Notes under the pieces: generated by a model
Databases searched by the model: none
What the model saw: only the letters and a program-made list of their open reading frames with translations
Told to the model about the DNA's origin: nothing
Shown: piece after piece, positions 1-12,246 of the stretch
Layout: each line of letters opens with the position of its first letter
Position numbering within the stretch: position 1 is the stretch's first letter
Assembly: GCA_964035545.1 (NCBI GenBank)
Contig: OZ037765.1
Coordinates: 28,085,504-28,149,503 of the forward strand
Direction: 5' to 3'
Origin: Bugula neritina
Lineage: Eukaryota; Animalia; Bryozoa
DNA length: 64,000 nucleotides
Made by a program: the position numbers and the translations under genes

Positions 1-790
1 AGCAGGTGAAAAAGTTGAATGAGTGTAATATATATTAGTTTGGAACCAAGATATAAACTACTCCCACTCTTATGTATAATCATCTTAGACATAAGCTAAT
101 ATAACTTAGTTATTGTGAAAACCCTTAAAAGAGTTCATGAAGATATGGAAAATGTTGCTCAAGTTACATTTTTATCAAATATGTAAAAGTTCAATAATTC
201 TTCGAGTAATGCTCAAATGAAAATATATGAGTTTGGAGCACGGAACTTCTTTTTATATACTTATATTCAAAGATGTTAATTTTTAACCAGTTGGAGTTTT
301 CAACTCTTTCTATTTCATGAGTAAGCAACTCTAGTTCCCACAAAATTTTTGCATCTTCTTTTATTTTAAACCAATATTTTCAGTTTATTCTATAAGAAAA
401 AGTATGTGGCTGATTTAAAGCCCTTAAAGCAAATGGTGTGAGACAGAACTCTTCCAGCTTTTCTATTTCTATAATTTTTTGCATTGCTAAAAAAGCATAG
501 AATTTACTAAAAAAACGATATATGAACTACAAAATATATTCTGCAATACAGAAAAGTAAAGAAAATCTGTATACAAAATCTGTTCAGTATGCACCATTTG
601 AAGATTAGTCTGTTCACACATTATTCCAAGCTTGTGGAATAATGTAAACTGTCCTAAATGAGCTAACATTTCTTTCATAAAACAGAAAAATCTATAATAT
701 GGAATAATAATGCATACTCCAAGTATCCTAAAATTGCTATGCATGTAACACTCTACAGTCTGTGCTGTGTTGAAGGAGCAAATGACCAAC

Positions 791-3700
791 CTGAGCTGCA
801 GCTTCTTCATAGCCTGTAGTTCCATTAATCTGACCAGCAAAGTATAACGAGTGGATCAACTTCGTCTCTAGTGTTTGCTTAAGCTGCCTTGGATCTATGT
901 AGTCATATTCCACACCATATCCTAAGCAGCAAAGTACTTGCATTAATATAAATAAATGAAACTATCAGCTTTATATATAAACACATACATTCCAAAACAT
1001 CCCCAGCGTACAGAGCAGAGCTATTATTATTTTGAATTGCACTGCACAGCCTGTGTAAAACTTCCAAACATTCACATCATTTTACTTTTACTTCATTTCT
1101 TTTTATTTTAAAAACCGCGAGTTTCAGATCAGCTGATTTGATGGATCAGTGAACAGTAACTACTACAATATACTGTAGAGTGAACACTAACTACTACAAT
1201 ATACTGTAGAGTGAACACTAACTACTACAATATATTGTAGAGTGAACAGTAACTACTACAATATACTGTAGAGTGAACAGTAATTACTACAATGTAATCT
1301 AGAGTGAACAGTAACTACCACAATATAGTGTAGAGTGAACAACCACCTGGCTGAGTAAGTTTAGCCTCTTCAAGGCCTACTATTGTGTTGACCAGTTGCT
1401 GTTGATATTCTGGAGGCATAGTGCAGGACAGTCCCTAAAACCAATAAACCAACTATGTAATACAAACAGGGCTGCAAGATTGTAATATCAAGTATTGGGA
1501 GGTGAAAAGTGAAAGCTGTAATAGTAAAAATTCTTACGTAGGATATTATGTTTGTTTATTATACAGAAAATAAGTAAATGGAATTTATATTTCAAGTCAA
1601 CTAATTTAGCATCATTAACCAAAATAAAAAAATGGCATAATAAAGTGATAACATAATTATTATAAATTTTTATCAACATTCTATTGTTGATGTTATCAAA
1701 TTAAGTTTATAAAATAACCTAAAACTATTAAAAAACAGAAACCGAAATAGCTAAACCTGAGGATATATAAGTGGAGCATCAAATCCTTCTGGTTCCAGCC
1801 ATATTTGGTGGCTATTTCTGTCTTTAAATTTCAGTATTTTGCTCTCTATAGATGGACAATACCTACAGATAAAGGTTTATATTTCCGGTATTAGCTAAAG
1901 CACGTCAATCGTGAATACGCCAGGAAAACGCTGGCATTTAAAAGTGTATCAGACTGTGTAATGGACAAGTTTTTACGTTTAACATTTCAACAATACTCGT
2001 CTTACTTCAAGTATAATACACAAGAATCCGTTTCACAAATCATTAGGATATTATAGTATTTGTTTCCTTTTTACTCCATTCTTTAAATAACTGAACCATA
2101 ACTGATTAAAAGCAGTGTGATTTATGGAAGAATTCATGTGTGCAACAAACGCACCAGAGATCTCTCAGTGTATTTTACAACTTCTTACAAAACATGCTAA
2201 AACTATGTAATGCAAAAGCGTAGCCTGGATTAATGTGTGTTTTGTTAGTTTTCAAATGCCATGAAGCGGAGATATTGAATTAGTAGACTATGTTGTCATT
2301 AAAATACTTTTTAATTTAACAAAAACAAAAAGGATTATACATACCAACAATGAGCGGATAGAAAAGCTCACAATTGACTTTTAATACTAATTGTGTACAT
2401 CAGTAAAATAGGCAAAGCATTAAGACATTGATCTGATTGAGAGTTTAAATACTTAATAGACATTCAATCAATATTTGGTATTATGTATCAGGCACATAAA
2501 AGCGTTGAGAGCTGAGGGCTGTCACAAGTTCATAATGATCAGTAGCAGCTTCAACGCAGAGGTGAAGGTTAGTTACATTCACACATCTTGTAATATAACT
2601 GCCTGCACAAAACTTAATCTAAACTTAGACTTGTTTAAAATGTGCAGCTCTTTTACATAAATATAAGAATAGTTAAATAATTTTTAAGATTAAAAAAGAA
2701 ATTGCTTAACTTGTTTCAAACTGTAATTCAATGCGAAAGGCCTAAGCTTAGGATACTTGAATCCATAAATAGTAAACCAGTAAACATACTAGTGTGTTTA
2801 AACATGGTGTAATCATTGTTTTAAAAACTCAACTTTGATTATATTCAATTGATGATTTATAGATTGCTAGCAACTAAGAAATATCTCGGAGGTGCTAATC
2901 CTTGAGACTGCCAAATGGAGGCAAGTTTAGGTTTTCTAGAGTTGGAAAATGCATCATTAGTAATAAATGGGCAGAGGAATTTAACAGAAGACTCAGCAAT
3001 GACAACAGGAGCTGCAACTACAGAATGGATAAATAATGAAGTGTATTTAAAGAATGAAAGACTTGTTGAGGGAATGTATTTAATGATGCTGGCAATATGT
3101 GGCACATCCCTTAACTTTGTAGTGCTCAGCCTGGTGTTCATCTGTAAGCCTTTACGAAGTTATATGAACGGTTTTATAGTGCACGGATGCGTACTTGACA
3201 CACTTAAGGTATAGTATAAGTTGATCAGAGAGCAAAACAGAATGATAATATACTTATTGTAAAATAGTGCTTTACAATTTAAAAAATATCTGGTAATGTT
3301 TAAACCATTAGGGTATCTAGTTACTAATTAATATGATTCACCACCTGGTCCAGCTTTTTTGGGTGTGGTCTGATGGTGTCATAAATAAGGGTGTATATTA
3401 TACCACTTGACATTCAGATGTACTGAAAGATGCAACCACTTTATACAGAAAAGCAGTTTAAGATATTCTTACTACATCAACTTCTGGCCGCGTTATAAAA
3501 TATTTTCTTTTTTATAGAGAACTTTTTAAGAAGCAGCTTGAAGGTTGAAATTAACTTTTTAAACATATAGTTGAGACTTGTGAGATTTTATAATAAAATA
3601 ACTAGTCTATCTTATTAAACTCAATCACAGCTTTATATATGGAAAAGTACTTTGTAAGGTAGGCCTTCTTGAGGATAGAGGGGTCTTGTAACCAGGTTGT

Positions 3701-6700
3701 TTTTGTGTGGGAGTTATAGTGAGTCAACCAAATTTGTGACCATTAATCAATTGCCTTTTGATCATATTCACCTATCAGAATACAACTTATTCGACGGTAT
3801 TGATTTATAATTGTCATCAAGCATTTAGTAAACATATCCAATAACTTATCAATGGAAGCAGCACTCACATTTAACAATCACAAAAACAGGCATGACAAGA
3901 CCTACTTCCATGTCACATATAGCAATGTCTTAGAGTAGCCATACTGGTACTGTTAATGTTGCAGTTAGTCTGTTAGTTGGAGTAAAATTATGGAGTTAGA
4001 GTTGCTGTTAGTGTTAAGCTTACGGTTAGCACATTATGATTATTGTTATTATTTTATTTAATGCTATTCACTTACTTATATATTTATATTTATTGACATT
4101 GTTTTTATACTACTTATTCTTTAGTATTTTATATATTGGTTATTTGCAGTACCATTTAAGAGGTACTAATTTAAAAAGTCCACATCTGTTGGTGGTTTTA
4201 GAGCGCCATGTGTATACCCTACGCACTAGCCATGCTACAGATCACACACCCTACAGCATCACAATGCTATGCTCTGGGGCTGTCATACATTGTTCTCCTT
4301 ACCGTCAGCATGTTCAATTTGCTGGCAATGGTGATGGCAGAAGCTTACGCTTTCCATGAGAGAAATGTGAGTAATGGCGACAAAGATAGAGGAAATGGAG
4401 CGGCAATGTGTATTATATTTGGAGTGATAACTATATATATTGGGAGTATTATTTTGCATCTTGGACCTACTTTGATAGGAGGAGAATTTAAATTCAACAA
4501 AGATGTTGGAAATTGCACGTTTGCATATGGAGAAATACAGGTATAGAAATAAAATATATATGAAGGTTTAATATGAATATATCATTGGCAACTAGAAATA
4601 TGATAGCAGCTTATTGCATACATGCTTTCGAATTTAGTAACTGACTAAAAAGAAATGACTGCCAGCTTTTATTTCGCTAGAAACTATAAATGGAGTTGCA
4701 GATGCTGTTTTCAGGTATAATTTTATGATTACTACAATTATAGATACAATTCTAATGTTTGAAGTATAGAGATTTAGATTCATTTTCTCGCTAATAATCG
4801 TCTGACGATAAAAGTGCCTTCTTAATTTTGTAATTATATAATGTTGAAGGTACCAATATTTCAAAATTTGTATGGAAAAGGCAAAATATTTTTCCTTATT
4901 ATTTGCTCTTTAACTATTTTATAGAACTTCATCGTACAAGCCATATGGATTATTATAGTGACTTCTACAATGGGAGTGCTATTTCGGTATATCTACAAGT
5001 TTTATCGACAACTAAAAGCTAACCAGCGATTTAGAATAACCAATCTGGCAAGAAATGCAGCTGCATATACCAGAGGACAATATCCCGATGACGATATTTA
5101 CGAAATGATTAATAAGCTCAAAAACAGGGTTAAAGTACTTTTTGCAATGGCCCTATCCTACTGCTTATGCTGGTATCCACTGTTTTTCTTAAGTTTATTC
5201 GATTACAAGTACAATCAGCCGAAATATTTGTACAGAGTATTAACAGTAATAGCATGGTCACACAGCGCCATAATGCCAATAATATTACTGTCGATGGATC
5301 GATCATTTGGGATATTTCATCAAATTCGAAAAGCTTTGGGAGAACAAAGGAGACGGAAGAATACATCAAGCCCTAGCACTCAGCCACTCACACGAGATGA
5401 TTCGACAATACAAGGCAGTCAGCATACGAGTCTATATAATCACACTATGAACACCGAAGGTCAAGCAATTCGCTACACAGATAGCCCCAAAACTAACAGC
5501 CAGGGCTATAAGGTCACTGTAGTGGATAGGGGAATCACAGACAAGCCCCCTAACTCTCCAGCACACGTTTCTACTAGGTTACTCTCTGACTATGATGATT
5601 TATCTTTAGAAGAAAGCCCCTTATAACAGTTCAACATTTTAAATATAATTAGCGTGTATATATCACATTTATTATGTCATTAGAAACTTGTACTAGATAT
5701 TTTATTGTAGAGATTATCATAATTCAAAATTGCAGTTGTACTGTTAATAGGAGCATCATAATTATTATATAATGTATATAATATATTTATATTTACAGTC
5801 CTTTTATACCACGCATGTGCTATAAACCAGCTAGAAAAGTATTTGTGAGTTCAGAGTTTAATGTAACTTTGCACTACATGAACTGAGTTGGTCACTTTAT
5901 TTCATTAACATAGATTGTTTTCTAACTTAATATGTTTTACCTGCTTTTAATATACATTACATTTCAGCCTATAAAAATTAATTCTGTTCATGCATTTATT
6001 GCAAAGTAAATCTTATTAAAAGCATATATAGCATCTAGAGCGCCATATCTTGAAAATGATAACACAAAAATATTTAGCCAAAAGTGCATGTTCTGTTCTT
6101 TGCAGTACAACTTTAGCTTCACAGCTACGAAGTTGTTTTATTGGGCAGTGCATGCAAACTGCTGCACTCAATAAATTATTTATGATCATTGATATTTGTA
6201 GAGACACTCAAGGTTTCCGCCAATTAGCAACAGCACTAAGTTATACGATGTAGGTGAGTGCTAGTGCTTGCAAGTAAAGATCTGCTTAACCAGGCATTTA
6301 ACCATTCACAATAAAACTAGAGTTTAACTTAGCTCTTACATAGTCACTAACACTAGCTATGCTGCCCAAGTAGTTACAAGTAGATGGATTAGACTGTAAA
6401 AATCTCCTACTTGAACTGGATGAAAATGTAATATGCAGTATTAGAAAATACTGCATATTACATTACAGTATATTATAGCATATTATACTATAATATACTA
6501 TATTATAGTATATATTGTAGTATAGGGGAGTATATTATAGAATAGGAAAGCATATTATAGTAGGCTATATTATAGTATGGGAGAATATTATAGTATAGGA
6601 AAGTATATTATAGTATATTGTAGCATAGGAGAGCATGGCATAACATATTGAATAAACCAATGCATTTTAGTAATAAATATGTGTCACGTGGTGTACCTTG

Positions 6701-9700
6701 GTGCAGTTCCAGATTCTTCTCTGATATGATAGTTTAAATGCATCGTGTCTTCTATTATTTTATGAGTATTTTTGTTGGTATGAGTCATGTGACACAACAT
6801 CTGCTGTGATGGCTGAAGACAAACCAAAAGTTATTCACAATATCAGCTAAACAAGTGCTACAGCTATAAAAGCAAAAGTTGTATTTGTGCAAAAAAACTT
6901 CTAAACATATTTCAGAGTAACACTATTCTGGTAATGACATACCAAACTGGTAAAACATCAGTATATATATCTAAACAAATACTTCAAGCATCACCGTTTC
7001 TGTAAAGAAACTCTGTTAGGTATAAACAAACATGCATAATGGTAATCACAGTTTAGCAAAAAATTTCCTTAGAGTGATCAATGCCAGGCTAGGGGAACGC
7101 ATGCCATGTTGTAACTTTTGCAATAATACAATTGAAGTGGCGGTGGCTTACAGCCTAAGAACATACCTCGATAGAAACCTTAGAATTCATGAAAGAAAAT
7201 GGAGTGGGGCTGTCATCTCCTCGCATTATTTGGCACTTACTAAAGTCAATGGTACTCTTGTCTATTCTTGGTGGTGTGCCTAAATTGTGTATCAATATCA
7301 AATATAACAATTAAATAAATCTACTAGGTAGTAAATTAATTTTCACATTCAATTTACTTTAAACAGTTCTAATTCATGAAACATAAAAAGCTTTTCAGAA
7401 TAAAAGTGCAGTCTCATAAATGTTTTCTTTCACCATCTCTACGCTCATGATAATTGTGATATATTAGAGTAATGCAATAACTTTGTACCAGTCCTCATGC
7501 GCCCCATTCTGAACCCACAATCTTCAATAATTTTAGCTAAGCCGACAGAAGGTTCATCTCCCATCCGGCCAGCACATCTGGTCTCTAGGCCGATATTTAT
7601 GGCACCTCTCAGGAATGTGCCTGTTGTGATTATCACTTTGCTGGCTTCTATAGCATTACCATCACCTACATAATATTATTGCTTAGCAAAGCTTATAAAA
7701 AACTTATCCTTTTATAGCAATTTTAATTGGCAAAGTTTCTAAAAAAATTGCTGGATTAAAGCAATAGAAATATTCTGATACATGCAGAAGGTGAAGCATT
7801 CAACAAATAATAAAACAAACTTTAGAATACATTTATTAAACTATTATGTAACTAATGCAGGCACACTAATCACCAAATTGCGGCTATTTTCAATAACCAC
7901 CAGGCATACACATTGTGCATATAGCCCACTAATAAATATATTTTAGAGCATTTATAAAGATTTACAATGATAAGAAAGCTATAAACCACACCGAGAATTA
8001 TTCCTTTACAAGTGTGAGTATTTGTGGCCACGTCAGACTGGTGTATTAACAAGTTTTCCACTGAGCCCTCCATTACGGTCAAATGTGGGTAGGACAGGAG
8101 AGTTTCTTGTATTAACTGTTTATACAACTTTCTGTCTATCTGTGCCCTGAGACCCTTCAAAAATAACAAAAATGTTTTATTTCTTTTGCCAACCAAATGA
8201 AATAAAGCTAAATTTTAAGATATTTTCTTAATAAAAACATTTTTTAGATTCATAACATAAAATTATAAGATATTTACCCAAACAGCTGGACCCTTTTTCC
8301 TGTTTAGAACTTTATATTGGACTCCACTTTTATCTTTATAAAATGCAGATTTAACATTCAACATTGTTTGTATGCATATAATGAGAGGTCATGGAAATCA
8401 CAAACAGCTGAGCAATTCAAATGATATTTAATGTCACTTCAACGTGTAACATGTCTCTCTATCTAAATATTTCAATGATGAATTTAAATATAATTGTGTA
8501 CATATTTCTGTTGCATTAATTAACTCACCACATATTCTTGCACAAATTCCATCAAGGGCATCAATTTCCCTTATAAGATGGCCTTTTCCAATGCCTCCAA
8601 AACTAGGATTGCAGGCCATTTCACCTAGAGAGTAAGAATCTTAATGCAACATTTGTAAACACATAATCTATCAAAAATGGAAAAATTGACCAAATTAATG
8701 CAGACAAATAATGGCCTGCAAAGATTAAATTCTGTTGCAAAACCAACATAAGTTGTATACTAACCTACAGAACTGAGTTTTTGAGTGAGAAGTAACGTGT
8801 CGGCCCCTGTACGAGCAGAAGCACAGGCAGCCTCTGTGCCTGCATGACCTCCACCAACAACAATGACATCATAGGCCTTGCCATCTTTTAAAGGTTTGAA
8901 TGCACGGCTGGAAGAATGTTTAATGGTACTATAGGAAATTATCCGATGTGATAATTTCAGAGGCTGTATAAAATAATGTAAAAATTTCAAGCCTTCAAAC
9001 ATTTCTTCTTTAAACAGTAATATGTCCAAAAAGAGGTTTTATTTCAAATTTACAATATAGCTTTCCATTATTTTGAGTTTCAAAAGATTAGTTTTAGACT
9101 TGCAGGATTCCTCTGTAATTTATGTTTAAATGGTTCCTAAAGTTATAAATTTAGTTGAAACTTAGTTGCTTTTTTATCATTCAAATTACTATCATCTGAA
9201 TATATATTACAAGTTATCTTACTTTTACTAACGCATTTTATTATTTTTGTTTCAAGTATAACTCAACAGTCTTCAGTTAAAATACAGATAGAAACAATTC
9301 AAAGCATTTTATTTCACGTGGTGAGTAAAATAGCATGATTATAATTGAAAAATAAAATTGGCAAACGCATGCACTAATATTATGTCAATATGCATAGATG
9401 TTATGTGATTGCTTTACTTTAAAACAATTGGCTGAGACTTGTACCAACAGTTATAACAGCTAATTGTTATAGTGTCACTATAATTAAACTCAATCAGTAC
9501 AAGTACATTAACTTATTTAACACTTCCATTAATTTACACTTACATTACCAATAAATTAGAGTTACTTTCTCATACAAAAGTAGAGTAAATCCCGATAGTG
9601 AATAGAGTTTATGTATTCACTATTTTAGTAATAAGGTTTAAGAATTGAAAGCCTGCAGCCCTGCATACAATCAAAAGTTGCAAATGGTGAACATATATAA

Positions 9701-10549
9701 TATTCAAAAACACATAAAATTCTAATTAGAGTAAAAATTGAGTGACAGAATATGTGGAGCCTGTCTGCAAGTGCCATGAAATGCTTGTGAAAGAACAACT
9801 AATAGCAATTAATTACAGATCAGCATAAATTTCCACATGCCGACCAAAATCAGAACAATACCACCCAAAATCAAAAGCTTAATCTGCAACCAATTGTGCT
9901 TAGATTTATGCTTAGACTTAAACAGAAAAGTAAAGTAAGACCATGAACTGTTGAGTTTAAACATATTACTAAACCAAAGTTATACACATTCTCATAGTAT
10001 GCTAAACAGCCAAAAAGCATTACATCATCTTAAAGAAATTTGCCTAGAAGTCTTGCACAATGAGAAATTAGAATTTAAACTTGTACCAATATTCACATGC
10101 TAAACTTCAAATTGTTTCATACAAATACTCATTATAATTATAATGATGCTTCCATAACCATATTTACAATCATTACTCATTATGGTTGTTGTGACAATAA
10201 TTCACATTAATATCAATGATAACTGTCTTCATAGTGCAAACAGAATAACCAGAGTACACTAATGATTATTATATCTTTAGATTAAATCAAGACTGTGCTC
10301 AAGTCAATCACAGTGGTAACATAGACATTGATTATTGATACAAATTATAATATTATTTTTTATTACCAATACTATTAGTATTCCTATTACTATTAGTATT
10401 AGTCACTAATGTTTTATGTTAAACTTAATATAATATTAATAATAATATTGATAATTATAAATAAATTATTTTTTAACATAACTTAATATTAAAGTTATTA
10501 TTAAATTTATCAAAATTACAATCAAATTAAATTTATTTGAACTCACCAT
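791..10549 (-). CDS. MTO1: Mitochondrial tRNA modification enzyme MTO1 (GidA/MnmG family), 3' part lies beyond the left edge
   Basis: Spliced exons in frame: 10549-10547 (ATG only), 8963-8765, 8624-8529, 8333-8278, 8154-7992, 7665-7489, 7279-7167, 6812-6697, 1862-1757, 1434-1347, 921-791. GidA motifs [95 protein letters not shown]. Confidence 0.96.
1149..1340. repeat. Minisatellite, ~31-bp unit (gtgaacagtaactactacaatatactgtaga), about 6 copies, in an MTO1 intron
   Basis: Visible tandem units; the array ends about 5 nt from the splice donor at 1346. Confidence 0.9.
2915..5626 (+). CDS. Orphan rhodopsin-like (class A) GPCR, SREB/GPR85- or GPR88-like, ~444 aa, nested in MTO1 intron
   Basis: Exons 2915-3208, 4202-4540, 4925-5626 join in phase 0 with GT-AG. 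Seven hydrophobic segments, TM1 Asn (GTSLN), TM2 Asp (HGCVLD), Cys at the top of TM3 and in ECL2 (GNCTF), TM6 CWYP, N-terminal NxS/T sites. Confidence 0.88.
6470..6630. repeat. Degenerate (tattatagta)-type tandem repeat in MTO1 intron
   Basis: Repeated tattatagta/tattgtagta units, some with purine spacers. Confidence 0.7.
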
Positions 10550-11100
10550 TTTGATATTTATGGTTGCTGTTTGTGCTATTAGTATTTGTCATCTACTTTT
10601 AGCTTTAATCGGTTTTATGTTCAGGTTGAGGTTCTACTTCTATTTCAACCCATTCATTTTGATTTTAAGTTTAAAAAAAGTTGATTGTTTTTAATTTTAT
10701 GTTGCAAATCTTAGTCAGTACGCGTATGTAAAATCTAGGCTACTGCAACGCAAAGAACAGCTTTAGTTCTATGTTTAAAATTAATGACAACTTTCAAATA
10801 AAACCCCAATTTTAATTTTATGCCTTTCATGCAGTTGACACCGGAAAAGCATAAGAATTTTTAAAAAATAAAACGATCGGATTCGTTTATATTGGATTCA
10901 GTTCTTTAGCTTTAGCTTTTTTTACTAATTGACGTATGCCTTTACTAGCGTCTACACAATTGATGCAAGTATCCCCGTGAAGTTTCTAAGTCGCTGTTGT
11001 TGAAATAATCAGTAGTAACAATTGAATTATTTTTAATTTGTTAACTGATAATACCTACTACAGTTACAGTTGGCTTTTAATTGCAGAGGTTTATCAAGCT
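10550..11100. promoter_or_regulatory. Putative divergent promoter region MTO1 (-) / LIN7 (+)
   Basis: Lies between the MTO1 ATG|GTGAGT exon (10549) and LIN7; locally CpG-richer (10720-10990). TSSs inferred, not observed. Confidence 0.5.
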
Positions 11101-11316
11101 TTTAAATTTCTTAAAAGCCGGAAAGCTAATAGTAATAGTAATAGTAGTATTCATTATATTATTATTATGATATTGATTAACTTTAACTTTAAGTTTTACT
11201 TTTTAGTTTAGAAATAGATCATCATCATCATGATCATTATCTGATTTACTTATTTACTTTTAAATCATTTTCATTTAATGATTTATTTATTTGATTTTAG
11301 TATTAGTATCATTAAT

Positions 11317-11510
11317 GGGAGCATCTGTGGTTTAGGAGTTAGACTTTAGAGCGTTAACTTAGTGAACACGAAATCATGAGAATGGGATAATGGGTTCGAA
11401 CCCGACAAACTCAAAGGCCATTGGACTTGGTGGTGTTAGGAAGAGCATCCAGTCATAATTGCTCCTGTGCTTCATCTGAATTAAGTCTGTAGCCCAATTT
11501 AATAAAAATA
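11317..11510 (+). mobile_element. tRNA-derived SINE-like element
   Basis: A-box-like tgtggtttagg, B-box ggttcgaaccc (~11393-11403), core ggtgttaggaagagcatccagtcataattgctcctgtgc, A-rich end; a related copy lies at ~54935-55080. Confidence 0.65.
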
Positions 11511-12246
11511 GTCATTAGGGTTTTTTTTCTCACAGATGATGACTATAAACTTGCATAAGTTTTTCATTAGTATCATTGAAATTAGTACTAGTACTACTAC
11601 TAGTAGTACTATTACTATCACTATTAGTATTACATTCAGTATTACTATTACTATTAGTATTAGTATCACTATTAGTATTACTTCAGATATTTTTCATTTT
11701 GAATTTGCTCACTCACGCTGACTCTGTGTGACTGTGAGTCACAAAACTACCAAAAAAAAGTTTGCCAATCCCAATGATAGTACTTATTTATTGTTATACT
11801 CATAGCCATTGTAATACTTAGTCTTAGGTTATACTTATAGCTATACATGTGTGATGTGTATTATTATCATTATAGTAATACTAATGCTGTTACAGTAAAA
11901 AACTAGTTCTGAAGCATGTATAAGACTACGCATGTTTGCTTTTATTTTTTATGAAGAAGGATAAATCAAATCAATGAAACTTTTTAGATTTGTGTCATTA
12001 GTTATTACTTTAAAAAATCAATTTATTGTTCAGACTATTTATTGACAAACAAAATAAAAAATACAAACAATATTTTCTTTAGTTCCAATGGAGAATAGCT
12101 AAACTTTCTTTTTGACTTTCAGGTTTTTTCTAAGCTGGGCAACTAGTTATTGCATTTTGTTCTTATAGCCAAGTGGCTAATACTTTTTTATTTGTTATTT
12201 TAGCTAAGCACTTCCAAATATATAAAGTTTGTATCTGGAAATAAAA

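Noticed and set aside
1149-1340. Regular ~31-bp repeats (also 60177-60254) as a CRISPR-like array
   Set aside because: Head-to-tail units without unique spacers, in a eukaryotic context.
3340-3420. GC-richer patch in GPCR intron 1, possibly an interleaved MTO1 exon
   Set aside because: MTO1 exons 6812-6697 and 1862-1757 join directly into the conserved PRYCPSIE motif, so no exon is missing.
11317-11410. Possible tRNA gene
   Set aside because: A/B-box-like motifs but no convincing cloverleaf; followed by a shared repeat core, so better explained as a SINE.
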